A DNA stretch of 64,000 bases, taken from positions 224,001 through 288,000 of the forward strand of contig CAVUWA010000004.1 in the NCBI GenBank assembly GCA_963744995.1. Direction: 5' to 3'. The translations under genes were made by a program, and so were the position numbers. The stretch comes from Candidatus Eiseniibacteriota bacterium. Its GTDB lineage: Bacteria > Eisenbacteria > RBG-16-71-46. The notes beneath the pieces are model-generated. The model was given only the letters and a program-made list of their open reading frames with translations. It did not search any database and was not told the origin of the DNA. The first letter of the stretch is position 1; each line of letters begins with the position of its first letter. Positions 18,793 to 28,962 of this stretch are shown in pieces.

Positions 18793-21501
18793 TCAGCGTG
18801 TGACGACGACGCGCGCGACGCGGCGCTCGCCGCGCTGGACCAGCTCGGCGAAGTAGAGCCCCGGCGGCGGGGGCGAGGCCGCGGTCCAGCGCCTGGTCCC
18901 CGCGGGCAGCGTCGCTTCGCTCACGAGCCGCCCGCTCACATCGAGCAGGCGGAGCCGGGCCGGCGGGCCATCGGCCAGTTCGAGCGCCAGGGTCGGCGCA
19001 CCGCGCGAGGGGTTCGAGATCGGTGCGAGCGCCAGCGTCGCGCCCGCGGCCGGACCATCGAGCCACACGGCCTCGCTCCATTGCATACCCCCGGCGCCGG
19101 CCACCCCCAATCGGAATGCGGCCCGCGCGCCCGGCGCCAGCGGCGCGCCGTCGTAGCGCACTTCGTGCGCGCCCAGCCATACGGCTTCGCCCGCCGCGGT
19201 CCAGCTCGCGCCATCGACCGAGCGGTCCACGGTGCATGCCGTTCCCGGGGCCGCGTTCACCCACCAGCGCACCATCACCCCGCGCGCGTCGGAGGTCGCT
19301 TCCTCGAGCGACACGAGCGTCGCGGTGGGCAGCCCCGCGGGCAGCTGGAGCGCGTACGTGTCGGCGTAGTTCGGGCCGTTGTCCGTCTGTCCGCCGTCGA
19401 TGATGATCCGATTCGTCACCGGATCGAACGCATTCGCGAAGAACCCCCGGCCCGCGGGCTGCGGGCCGTTCGCGTCCTGCAGGACCCACGTCAGCTCCGC
19501 TCCGCCCAGCATCGCGCTCCAGAACTGTCCGAGATGGGCCGAGTAGCCACCTGTCCGGTCCTCGAAGAACATCAGGCGACGCTGCCCCGGATCGAACATC
19601 GCATAATAATAGAGGTCGAAAGGCGGCAGCCCGCCTTCAGACGGGACGGTCTCCACGGAGACGGTGTCCTGTCCAAACACGATGTGGGCGATCGGATTCA
19701 GCCCGTAGCTGAAAGTCCACGCGTCCCCTCGAGCATCGTCGACGAACGGCTGCAGATAAGGGGCCAGCGGCCCGAGGCCGACCAGCTGCCGCCATGCAGG
19801 CTCAGGATCGAGTTTCAACTCCCAGACTTCGCTGATCTGCGCCTGCAGGTCGTCGCCGCCCATCAGCAGGAAGCGTGAACGCGGTGCGTCGTAGACGAAC
19901 GACGAGTACCTGCGCGGACTTGGTCCGGAGCCTGGCAGGGCGATCCGGCTCCACTGGCCCCCGGGAGCGAGCGAGAGCTGCCAGACGTCGTCCAGCAGGG
20001 CACCCGATCCGTCCAGCGTGGCGCCACCGTAAACGACCAGCGCATGGTGAACCGGATCCAGAGTGACGGCAGCCCCGTATCGTGGCTCCGGCCGGAGGGG
20101 CGATTCGACGCCCAGCTCCACCCAGCTCGTCGGCTGCGACAGACGATGGGCCACCACCCTCGGCAGGTTCAGGGCGAGCGAAATCGTCTGCTGGCCCTCC
20201 GGATCGAGCAGGATGGAGTGCAGCCATCGTGCCCCCGGGGCCAGATCCGCCGCCTGCCACGCGGCCGGCCCCGGTTCGGGAGGGCTCGGGGTCCAGTCGG
20301 CAGCCGAATCCACCGTCGCGGAGATCAGCGTCCGCTCGACGATCCCGGGCATCCAGATGTCGGAGCGATCCGCACCACCATCGACGTACAGCCGCCGCCC
20401 GAGCGGGTCGAACACCATGGCCGACGCGTAGCGCGCACCCAGCGGGCCCGTGACGAGCCACCGGGCGGCGCCGTCCCGGAGCGACAGCGCCGCCACGTCA
20501 CCGGCGACGTCCTTGAGCAGGAGCCGATCCCGGGCGGCATCGAGGCTCAGCATCGAGAAGGGCCTGGGGAGCGAACCCGCACCGGGAAGCGGCAGGCTGG
20601 TCCACGTGGACGTGGTCGCGTCGAGGGAGAACAGCTCGGGATCGGTCCCGGAATCGACCTCGAGCGTGGAGTCGAAACGGGACCCGAACAGCACGTCGAA
20701 TGCGTCGCGAGCCGGATCGTACACAGCGCTGCCCCAGATCGAGGCCACGGGCTGTGGGCCCTGCGTCAGCACGGAGGTCCACGCGGACGGATCGGCGAGC
20801 GGGATCCGGATCGTGCGGTGCGCCGATGCGGCGGCATCCCACACGCCGAGCAACACCAGCTCATCGCGCCGGGTGTCCAGCGCGACGGCTGCAGGTCCGG
20901 TCGGGCTCGACGGGCCGCTCCAGAGGTGTGACCACGCCGGGGCGCCGGACAGGGAGAGCGCCTCGAGGTCCAGCCCGGTTTCGCGGTGGAGCACCAGCAC
21001 GCGGTCACGAAGCGAGTCGTAGACCGCACCGACCACCTTGCGCGGCGCCCACGGTCCACCGGATGCGGCGAACGGCAGCGTGGCGAGCATGCTCCATCCC
21101 CCGCTCGGAAGGGGGCGGCCCCAGACGGCGCCCAGGGGATCGTACGCGCCCAGCCCTCCCAGCAGAATCATGCGGTGCCGGCGGGTGTCGAGCACGACGA
21201 AGTGACCCGCGCGGGCGGGAGGGCCCACCTCGGACCAGTTGTAGTCGGCGCCGGGAGTGGTCGCCGATCGTGCGCGATCGGTGCTCGACGCTTCATCCGC
21301 CCGGTCGAGATGCGGACCCAGCAGTGCCTCGCGGGCGCGCGCGAGGTCCGCCACGGTGCGCGGCTGCCATTGCAGCACGCGCTCGGGCGGGACGCGGGTG
21401 ATCCACGTCGCCTGGGCGCCGGCCGTGGCAGCAGTGAGCGAGACGATCGCGCACGCGAGCACGAGCGGCGCGGCGCGACCTGGGTTCCGAGGACAGTCCA
21501 T
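18793..21501 (-). CDS. Secreted kelch-repeat beta-propeller protein with T9SS/FlgD-like C-terminal domain
   Basis: Signal peptide; repeated P.PR.....YD....R....GG motifs; C-terminal NPSRG...LLDVSGRLV...PGLYF. Confidence 0.8.
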   Translation of the reverse strand: MDCPRNPGRAAPLVLACAIVSLTAATAGAQATWITRVPPERVLQWQPRTVADLARAREALLGPHLDRADEASSTDRARSATTPGADYNWSEVGPPARAGHFVVLDTRRHRMILLGGLGAYDPLGAVWGRPLPSGGWSMLATLPFAASGGPWAPRKVVGAVYDSLRDRVLVLHRETGLDLEALSLSGAPAWSHLWSGPSSPTGPAAVALDTRRDELVLLGVWDAAASAHRTIRIPLADPSAWTSVLTQGPQPVASIWGSAVYDPARDAFDVLFGSRFDSTLEVDSGTDPELFSLDATTSTWTSLPLPGAGSLPRPFSMLSLDAARDRLLLKDVAGDVAALSLRDGAARWLVTGPLGARYASAMVFDPLGRRLYVDGGADRSDIWMPGIVERTLISATVDSAADWTPSPPEPGPAAWQAADLAPGARWLHSILLDPEGQQTISLALNLPRVVAHRLSQPTSWVELGVESPLRPEPRYGAAVTLDPVHHALVVYGGATLDGSGALLDDVWQLSLAPGGQWSRIALPGSGPSPRRYSSFVYDAPRSRFLLMGGDDLQAQISEVWELKLDPEPAWRQLVGLGPLAPYLQPFVDDARGDAWTFSYGLNPIAHIVFGQDTVSVETVPSEGGLPPFDLYYYAMFDPGQRRLMFFEDRTGGYSAHLGQFWSAMLGGAELTWVLQDANGPQPAGRGFFANAFDPVTNRIIIDGGQTDNGPNYADTYALQLPAGLPTATLVSLEEATSDARGVMVRWWVNAAPGTACTVDRSVDGASWTAAGEAVWLGAHEVRYDGAPLAPGARAAFRLGVAGAGGMQWSEAVWLDGPAAGATLALAPISNPSRGAPTLALELADGPPARLRLLDVSGRLVSEATLPAGTRRWTAASPPPPGLYFAELVQRGERRVARVVVTR

Positions 21502-21681
21502 GTCGAGAGGGAACTACGCAAGCGCCGGGCCCGACTCGACGTGCGTGGGTCAACTCACTGCCATGCGGCCGGTTGCCGCCGTGCGTGAGGGCAGGACGTG
21601 AGGTCCGCGCGGCGCCCGCTCCCGGGGAACTGTCGCTGGAACCGACACCCGCGTGGCGGATCCGGCCCGCGCCCATCTGCG

Positions 21682-21978
21682 TCATCCACGTTCGGGGCGG
21701 TTCACGAGGCGCGCGAGCAGTGCCCGGCCCTCGGGCCACGCGCCCAGGCCGCTCGCCGAGTCGAGGTGGCCCGCGTGACCGACCTCGACGAGTTCGCTTC
21801 CCCATGCTTCGGCAAAGACGCGCGCCCGATCACGCGCGACGTAAGGATCATTCGTACTCGCGACGAGGATGCTCGCGAAAGGGAGCCGGGCGAGCGGCAT
21901 CGGCGCGAACCCCGTGGGGCCCTCCGGAAAGCGCCGGGCCTCGGGATCCGCCGGCGCCACCAGCAGTGCTCCGCGCAC
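21682..21978 (-). pseudogene. C-terminal fragment of an RBBP9/YdeN-family alpha/beta hydrolase
   Basis: GALLVAPAD, LPFASILVASTNDPY, AEAWG, AGHL..SGLG.WPEG; nucleophile (AHSLG-type) half absent. Confidence 0.7.
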
Positions 21979-22012
21979 GGTGCGCGCGTGTCGCCGCGCG
22001 CGACGGTCGCGC

Positions 22013-22891
22013 TCAATCGTGGAGGAAGCGTTCCAGGAGCGCCGCGTTCTCCGCGATGTGCGACTCGCTCGTGGCCCCGATCACCACGTGGCGGATCGCC
22101 TGGAAGCCACCGAGGTAGCGGAACGCATCCTCGGGCGCCGCGGCCCCGGAAACGAGCACGTTCATCGCGAGCAGGGTGTAGCCGCCCGCGCGCACCGACG
22201 CCTCGCAGGCCTCGCGCGACGGGTTCATGTGGAAGCCCGCCGGGTTGAACGGCGCCATGATCAGCGGCTCGCGCAGGCCCGCCCGTGCGAGCCCCTCGGC
22301 GAGCCGCGGCAGGTTGAGCGTGCCGTATCCGGGGACCGCGCGGAAGCGCTTCCGGACGAGTTCGTCCCAGGTGGCCAGGATCTCCCACCAGCCCATGCCC
22401 AGCGCCAGGTCCACCAGCCCATTGTGCAGGAAGATAGCCCCGAGCGGCCGGCCGCGGTAGGGCGCCATCTCGAGGTCGACCGCGGTACGGATCATGGCCC
22501 GGAAGTCGCGGCGCAGGTACGCGATCGCGCCAGCCGCAAGGCTGGCGAACTGACGGTCCCACCGGCCCGCGCTGAGGATGCCCTTGATGAGTCCGGTCGA
22601 GCCGGAGCGGGTGGACATCTGCACGTACTTCATGATGTAGGGGACATTCGGGTAGAGCCGCAGGTCGCGGAGCGAGGGCCGTCGCCCGATCGCCTCCAGG
22701 ATCGCACCCGCGCGCTCGTGCGAAGACAGCATCAGGCCGCCCGCGCCGTGCCGCCTGGCGATCGAGCACACGTCCGCGACGGCCTCGGGGTCCTCGAAGC
22801 GGCGCGCCCGCTCGTCGCCTGTGCGGCGCGAGTGGTGGTTGACGCCGAAAAAGGCGTTGTCGCCCAGGATGAAGGGATCGATCTCGATCAT
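22013..22891 (-). CDS. Hypothetical protein, possibly aldo/keto-reductase-like TIM barrel
   Basis: ILGDNAFFGVNH N-terminus, PFN..GF.MNP, AMNVL.SG; overlaps the upstream oxidoreductase by 4 nt. Confidence 0.65.
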   Translation of the reverse strand: MIEIDPFILGDNAFFGVNHHSRRTGDERARRFEDPEAVADVCSIARRHGAGGLMLSSHERAGAILEAIGRRPSLRDLRLYPNVPYIMKYVQMSTRSGSTGLIKGILSAGRWDRQFASLAAGAIAYLRRDFRAMIRTAVDLEMAPYRGRPLGAIFLHNGLVDLALGMGWWEILATWDELVRKRFRAVPGYGTLNLPRLAEGLARAGLREPLIMAPFNPAGFHMNPSREACEASVRAGGYTLLAMNVLVSGAAAPEDAFRYLGGFQAIRHVVIGATSESHIAENAALLERFLHD

Positions 22892-23916
22892 GCGGATCCC
22901 ACCAGTGCCACGGGCGCTCCGCCCGAGCCGCGGATCGCGTCGAGGATGCGGAGATTGGCCAGGTTCTCGTCGAGCGTGTTCGCGACGGCCGTCCCTCCAT
23001 CGCGCATCGTCTCGAGCCAGGCCGCCAGCTGTCGGGTGTACATGGGCCCGGCGAGGTCGAACGGCACCGGGCTCTCGAGGTCGGTGATCGCGCGCCGGTG
23101 CCGCCCCGCGGGGAGCCCGGCCGCCGCCGCGGCGAGCTCGAGTTCGACGCCGTCGTCGGACACCGCGAGCGTTCCGTTGGCGCCCGTGACGGCCACCTGC
23201 AGCGCGACCTTCCGGTGTTCGGGCTCGGACCACGAGCCGCGCACGGTGCCCTCGAACCCGGCGTAGGTCCACGTGGACTCGAAGCGGTCCTCGGCCGCGG
23301 CCGAGACGAGCGACTCCGTCCGTCCGGTCAGCGAATCCGGCACGCCGAAGAACGCGCGCACCATGTCGACGAGGTGGCTGCCCAGGTCGAGCAGCACGCC
23401 CCCACCCGCCTCGGCGGGGCGGAACCGCCAGCTCGCCGACGGCGTGAGCACGTCCGAGGAGTACATGGAGGCCTCGAAGGAGCGCACCGTCCCCAGGGCG
23501 CCCGCGTCGATCAGGCGCTTCGCTTCTTCGAACGGGGCGGCGTAGCGGAGGCAATGGCCGATCATGGAGCACCGCCGCCGGTCCTCCGGGCACGCCGCGA
23601 TGGCTTCGTCTGCCTGCCGGGCCGAAACCGCGAACGGCTTCTCGACGAAGATCCCCTCGAGCCGGGGCGCGAGCTCGCGATACAGGGGCTCGTGCGACGC
23701 CGTCGGGGTCGCGATCACCGCACCGCGGATGGCCTGGTCGCGCAGCACCTCGCGGAAGTCCTCCACGACGGCCGTCGCGGGCGCGAGACTCCGCAGGGCG
23801 CCGCGCACGAGCGGCGAGTGCTCCGCGAGCACGACCCCGGTGATCCCCGGCAGCGCCTGCAGCGTGGCCGCGTGCAGCATGCCCATCTTACCGAATCCGA
23901 TGACGAGGACTTTCAT
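22888..23916 (-). CDS. Gfo/Idh/MocA-family oxidoreductase
   Basis: VIGFGKMG, ATPT..H, FVEKP, GGGVLLDLGSH. Confidence 0.9.
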   Translation of the reverse strand: MKVLVIGFGKMGMLHAATLQALPGITGVVLAEHSPLVRGALRSLAPATAVVEDFREVLRDQAIRGAVIATPTASHEPLYRELAPRLEGIFVEKPFAVSARQADEAIAACPEDRRRCSMIGHCLRYAAPFEEAKRLIDAGALGTVRSFEASMYSSDVLTPSASWRFRPAEAGGGVLLDLGSHLVDMVRAFFGVPDSLTGRTESLVSAAAEDRFESTWTYAGFEGTVRGSWSEPEHRKVALQVAVTGANGTLAVSDDGVELELAAAAAGLPAGRHRRAITDLESPVPFDLAGPMYTRQLAAWLETMRDGGTAVANTLDENLANLRILDAIRGSGGAPVALVGSA

Positions 23917-24040
23917 GACGCATGACTATAGAGGACTCCCGGCGATCCGGCATCCGCGCCCACGCGCGGGCAGGAACGTCGCGACCGGATTCCCATGCGC
24001 CGGAACGATCGCGCGGCGCGGCGTCCGGCCCGGGCAGGAA

Positions 24041-24072
24041 CGAACGGCCGCCCCCTGCGGGGCGGCCGTTCG
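24041..24072 (-). terminator. Terminator-like hairpin downstream of the beta-oxidation pair
   Basis: CGAACGGCCGCCCC-ctgc-GGGGCGGCCGTTCG, 14-bp stem. Confidence 0.55.
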
Positions 24073-24102
24073 CCTTGAACGTCTCGGGAACGTCTCGTCG
24101 GA

Positions 24103-26245
24103 CTACGCCGTCTTCGTGCGCTCGTACTCCTGACCCACGCGTCCCGCGCGGCAGGCCTTCGACGCGAGGAACTCCGCCGCGATTTTCGCCTGGATGCCGA
24201 GCGCTTCGCCGAGCGGCGCGCCGCACGAAGCCTGCACGCAGTCCACGATGGCCTTGCGCGCGGTCTCGTTGAGCGGCCCGTCGACGGGCGGGAGGTTCGC
24301 GGGCGCGCACCGGCACGCCCTCGCAGCGCGCCCAGCTCTCGAGCGGCCGCTTCTCGATGCCATGGTCGCCACCGCTCGCGAGGGCCCACGCCTTCGCCAG
24401 CGCCTCGTCCATCGGTCCGGCGAAGTCGACGAGCCAGCCGGTCGCATCCTTCGCCTTCACGGGCGCGCCGGTGAGCAGCATGTGCACGAGCCGTGGCCAC
24501 GCATCCTTCGGGGCGCGGCGCAGCGGCCAGTGGCAGCCTTCCATGCCCGGCACGACCGGCAGCGTGACCTCGGGCCAGCCGAGTCGCGCGTCGTCCACCG
24601 CCACCACGTAGTGGCAATGCGCGAGCAGCTCGAGCATGCCGCCCAGGCAGCGCTTGCCGCCGACGAACGCGACCGACACTTCGAACTCGTCGTTCAGCCG
24701 CCGCCCGGTGGAGGGCCAGCCGGTGGTGATCGCGAGGCCCTTCTCGACGTCGTCCAGCGCGCCGAAGAACTCGGCGGTGTCGGCGCCCACGAGCTGCGTC
24801 GAGATGTGGAAGTCGCCGGTCACGATCACGCGCCGGATGCCCTCGGCCTTCAACCAGTCGAGCGCGCGGTTCATCTCGCGGTCCACGTCCCAGTTGTAGC
24901 TGTCGCGCCCGATCGTCACGACGCCGACCGTGCCGTCGTGCTCGGCGTTCACATAGAGCTGCTGCCACTCGGCATCGTCCATCTTCGACAGGGCATCCGG
25001 GTACCACGCGCTCGCCTTCGCCTCGGGATGGAGCAGGTGGTACGCCTCGACGGTCCTGCGCACCGAGTCCGCGCCTTCATCGCGCATCATCGCCAGCACG
25101 CCGCGGCGGAACTGCGCGCACAGCTCGCCGATCGCGTTCATGTGGGCCAGGTGCGCGCGGTTCTCGTGCAGCATCAGGCTCGTCATCTGATAAACGGGCC
25201 CGAGCAGACGCACGCGGAAGTCCTCGCGCGCCGCGTCCGGCGTCGGCCAGTCGACGAGCGGGCGGAAGTGGTTCATCGGGTACCACGCCTGCCCGGTCTC
25301 CTTGCGCTCGACCAGCTCGGGCGTCGGCGTGAACAGCGCGCCGTACGTCTCGCTCAGGTGGTGCAGGCACGACCAGGTGAGGAAGTCGGCGCCCTTCGCG
25401 CCGATCGCATCGTGCGCGCGGAACGGGTTCGGACCCGCCATCTGCCGCGTGAGCTTGTCCACCTTCCAGAACGGCATGTTGGTGTCGCGGTGGATGTGAA
25501 GCCCCGCGAGCGTGATGCCGCAGAACAGCACGTCGAGGATGAACGACCACTGGTCGCCGACCGGCAGCGGCATCAGCCCGAGCGCCCACAACAGCTGCGT
25601 GCTCCTGGACGGCGCCGGCTCGACGATCTCCCAGACCTTGTTGATCTCGTGCGGGAACGCCGGATGGGCGATCCCGACGCCCAGCTCGCTTGATGGGAAG
25701 CCTGAAGTGACCGAGCGGATCTCGATATCAGGGAACGACTTCCGGAACAGCGCGTAGTGCGCCTTCTTGATCTCGAGGATCTCCGGGATCGCTTCGAGCA
25801 GGAAGCGCGGCTGAAACTCGCCCAGCTCGGGCGGCAGCGTCCTGCCGTCGTAAGTGAGCCGCACGATGTTGGCCATGATCCGATCGGCGCCCGCCTTGCC
25901 GAACGCCTGGATCAACCCCGGGTACTGGCGGCCGATGCCGTCCACGGCGCCGGGGAAGTCGAGCGCCACGATGCGCACGCCGAACGGCTCGAGCCTGGAG
26001 CCCAGCTGCATGGTCTTGCCGGCGCCGACGATGCCGTTCGCGCCCGAGATCACCAGCGCGCCGCGCTGCTTCGCCGGGCCGAACACGTCGTCCACCAGCG
26101 CCGCCGCCTGCACGGGGAAGCGGCCGTTCTTGAAGAAGCCGTGCACGCCGGCGAGCCCGAGCGTATCGAGCGTGGGCCGGCGCATGGCTTTGACGCCGGC
26201 CGCCGTCGGCCGGTCGAGCATCGCGTCTTTCGCGGTCTTGGTCAT
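24103..26245 (-). CDS. 3-hydroxyacyl-CoA dehydrogenase / enoyl-CoA hydratase fusion, frameshifted near 24305-24340
   Basis: N-terminal Rossmann GANGIVG, LEAIPE...IK, VTSG; C-terminal crotonase GAD, GGMLE, PEV; last ~65 aa in another frame. Confidence 0.75.
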
Positions 26246-26254
26246 GATCGCCCC

Positions 26255-27451
26255 CTACGAAACCTGGAACAGCGCCGCGATACCGACGTCGCCCGCCGCG
26301 CAACCGAAAATGAGCACGTAGCCGCCGCCGAGATCGACCGCTTCTTCGAGCGCCTCGATCAGGACGCGCGTGAGCGTCGGGCCCTGCGGATGGCCCCACA
26401 CCAGCGAACAGCCGGTGCGATTGAGCTCGTGCCAGTCGAAACCCGTGACGCGCTGGAACACCGCGTCGTTCACCGCGAACGGGTTGTGGTTCTTGGCGAC
26501 CTTGATGTCGTCGATCGTGAGTCCCGTGCGCTTCAGCAGCTTCTGCACCGCGAGCGCCGGCGCCTCGGGCATCAGGCTCGGCTCGGTGCGCGCCTCGACC
26601 TTGGCGATGAAGCGGATGTCGACGTCGGGCTGCTTCGACAGCTCCTTCGCTTTGGGCTCGGTGGTGACCAGCAGCCCGGCCATGCCGTCGGCCGCGTGCG
26701 TCTGCGTGCCGCTCGTGACCGTGGAGTCGAGTTCGCGCTGCGCCGCGAGGCCGCCGCGCGTGTGGCGGCGCACGCCGAGGTCGTCGGTCACCGAGCCCAG
26801 CGGCCGACCCGCGACGTTCAGCAGGTCGAACGGCACCAGCACGCGATCGAGAAAGCCGCGCTCCTTCGCATCGAAGTACTGCTCGTGCCGGACGAAGGCG
26901 ATGTCGTCGGTCTCGGCGCGATCGACGTTGTATTTGCGCGCGGTGATGCCGGCCGCAGTGATCATCGCGTGGCCGGTCGCCGGGTCGAAGCCGAAGTTGT
27001 CCCAGACGTCGGCGAGCGCGTGGGTGCGCTCGTGCGCGCGGCGCTCGGGGAACACGCCGACGGGCGAGTCGCTGGTGCGGTCGAACGTCGTGACCGCGAC
27101 CACGTCGTGGGCGCCGGTCTGGATCTCGGCGCCGCCGAGCAGCGCCGCCTGCAGCCCGGTCGCGCACGCCTGCTCGACGTGGTAGCCGGGGATGCGCTCG
27201 CCCATGCAGGTCGCAACCATCGGGGCCGTCCAGAACTTCCAGTGCCAGGGGATCGTGGAGCCGATGACCATGTATTCGACTTCGTGCTTCGGAACGCCGC
27301 GCAGGCTCAGAATCCGCGCCATGGCCTCGCCGCCGAACTGGCCGATGTTGATCTCGGCGAGCGGGCTCGTCTGCCAGGCGGGGAAGGGGCTCGAGCCCCA
27401 CGTGCCGTACGGAATCCGGGCGCGCGGGAACATGCTCTCGGGTTTGCTCAT
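26255..27451 (-). CDS. Thiolase family protein
   Basis: EQACATG (Cys), ADG, HNPFAVND, GHPQGPT, GCAAGD. Confidence 0.88.
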   Translation of the reverse strand: MSKPESMFPRARIPYGTWGSSPFPAWQTSPLAEINIGQFGGEAMARILSLRGVPKHEVEYMVIGSTIPWHWKFWTAPMVATCMGERIPGYHVEQACATGLQAALLGGAEIQTGAHDVVAVTTFDRTSDSPVGVFPERRAHERTHALADVWDNFGFDPATGHAMITAAGITARKYNVDRAETDDIAFVRHEQYFDAKERGFLDRVLVPFDLLNVAGRPLGSVTDDLGVRRHTRGGLAAQRELDSTVTSGTQTHAADGMAGLLVTTEPKAKELSKQPDVDIRFIAKVEARTEPSLMPEAPALAVQKLLKRTGLTIDDIKVAKNHNPFAVNDAVFQRVTGFDWHELNRTGCSLVWGHPQGPTLTRVLIEALEEAVDLGGGYVLIFGCAAGDVGIAALFQVS

Positions 27452-27763
27452 GATGCCGGTCCTTCGGGTGATCGAGTGATCTCTGAAGGGGCGCGATGGA
27501 CGCCCCGGGAAGGTGATGTCGTGAGTCGGCAGAATAGCAAAGGGGGAGGGAAGTCGCCGGGTAGACCAAGTGGGCAGGGTCGGGTTCGACGGGACAGAGT
27601 CCCGGGAACGGCACGACGAAGCGGCGCCTCTCGGGCCGGCCATGCAGGTGGCCGGGGGGCCACTGCGGAATCGCCGAACCGGTGCCGCATCGGACCTGTC
27701 AGGTGGTTTCAAAACCACCTCGGGACACTCGCGGCGACCCCGCGACACGCCCCGCGCCCGCGG

Positions 27764-27793
27764 TTGACGCCCGCTTCGCGCGTGCTGTACAAA
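27764..27793 (+). promoter_or_regulatory. Possible sigma70 promoter of the tRNA
   Basis: TTGACG-N18-TACAAA about 20 nt upstream of the tRNA. Confidence 0.4.
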
Positions 27794-27814
27794 GGTTGCC
27801 GCCAGTAAAGGGGT

Positions 27815-27890
27815 GGGGCTGTAGCTCAGCTGGGAGAGCGCTTGACTGGCAGTCAAGAGGTCGACGGTTCGATCCCGTTCAGCTCCACCA
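27815..27890 (+). tRNA. tRNA-Ala(GGC)
   Basis: 76-nt cloverleaf; GGGGCTG/CAGCTCC acceptor stem with G3:U70; anticodon arm CTTGA-CTGGCAG-TCAAG; GTTCGA; encoded CCA. Confidence 0.97.
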
Positions 27891-28056
27891 ATTCCCGCCT
27901 CTGGCGCTCCGCGCTCCCTTCCGGCGCCGCACGAGACTGCAGACTGCACCCCGGCAACGTGCTACGCTCGACACATTGCGCGACGGTCGAGGCGCGCGCG
28001 AGCCCCGAAACCCCGAAACCTGGATCCCGGCGCAGGGATGGGCTGGAGGGCGCGTC

Positions 28057-28941
28057 ATGATCCGCTCCTCGCTGATCTTCCTGATTCTCGCGTGCACCGC
28101 CGCGATCTCGTGGCCGGCCGACGCGCGTCCCGGCTGTCTGAACGATTTCAACGACTACGGTGATGCGCCGGAGTGCACGCCCGCCTATCCGTCGGGGGTG
28201 ATCGCCCACTTCCCGACGCTTCCGCCCACCTGCGGCACGGGGACGCAGGAGACCTCCCCGAACTGCCCGCCGCGCAGCAGCCCGCCGGGGGATCCCGGTT
28301 TCGTGGGGCACGTCAACAACTACGACGCCTGGGAGTTGTGGCTCGGCTGCCTGCCCGCGGGTGACTACCACACCACCGGCGGTGCGGACAACGACTTCGA
28401 GCGCCCGCACGACTGTGTCGAGACCGCTTTCGGCGGGATGACCTTCGACCAGGACGAGTGTTTCGGCGATGGGGTCGATTCGGGACTGCTCTCGGCGCCG
28501 GAGTTCACCGCAGGCGGGCCCGCTACGATCACCTTTTCGCTCGTGCACTGCGTCGGCGGTCCGGTGTACCTGAACCTGCTGATCGACATGAACGGCGACG
28601 GCGATTGGAACGATTCATTCGAGAACCCGGCCGATCCTTCACAATGTATCTACGAGTGGGCGATCAAGAACTACGAGATTCCGCTCGGTTACGACCTCTG
28701 CAACACGATCGTCTCGCCCGGGTTCATGATCGGTCCATGGGCCGGACCCGCATGGATGCGCCTGACGGTGAGCGAGAGCCTCGCAGCGGACAGCTATCCG
28801 TGGAACGGCGCGTCACTGTTCGCCGGCACCCCCGTCACCCGCTTCTACGGTGGCGAAACCGAGGACTATCCGGTGCTGATCTCCGCGGTGGTTCCGACGT
28901 TGCCGACGAGCTGGGGAAAGCTGAAGACGATGTATCGGTAG
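28057..28941 (+). CDS. Secreted Cys-rich GEVED-domain protein with C-terminal TSWGKLKTMYR motif
   Basis: GGAGG then ATG; signal peptide; DYGDAP, ID.NGDGDW, WMR, GETEDY. Confidence 0.8.
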   Translation: MIRSSLIFLILACTAAISWPADARPGCLNDFNDYGDAPECTPAYPSGVIAHFPTLPPTCGTGTQETSPNCPPRSSPPGDPGFVGHVNNYDAWELWLGCLPAGDYHTTGGADNDFERPHDCVETAFGGMTFDQDECFGDGVDSGLLSAPEFTAGGPATITFSLVHCVGGPVYLNLLIDMNGDGDWNDSFENPADPSQCIYEWAIKNYEIPLGYDLCNTIVSPGFMIGPWAGPAWMRLTVSESLAADSYPWNGASLFAGTPVTRFYGGETEDYPVLISAVVPTLPTSWGKLKTMYR

Positions 28942-28962
28942 GGCTCGCGTTCCGGATGGCGC

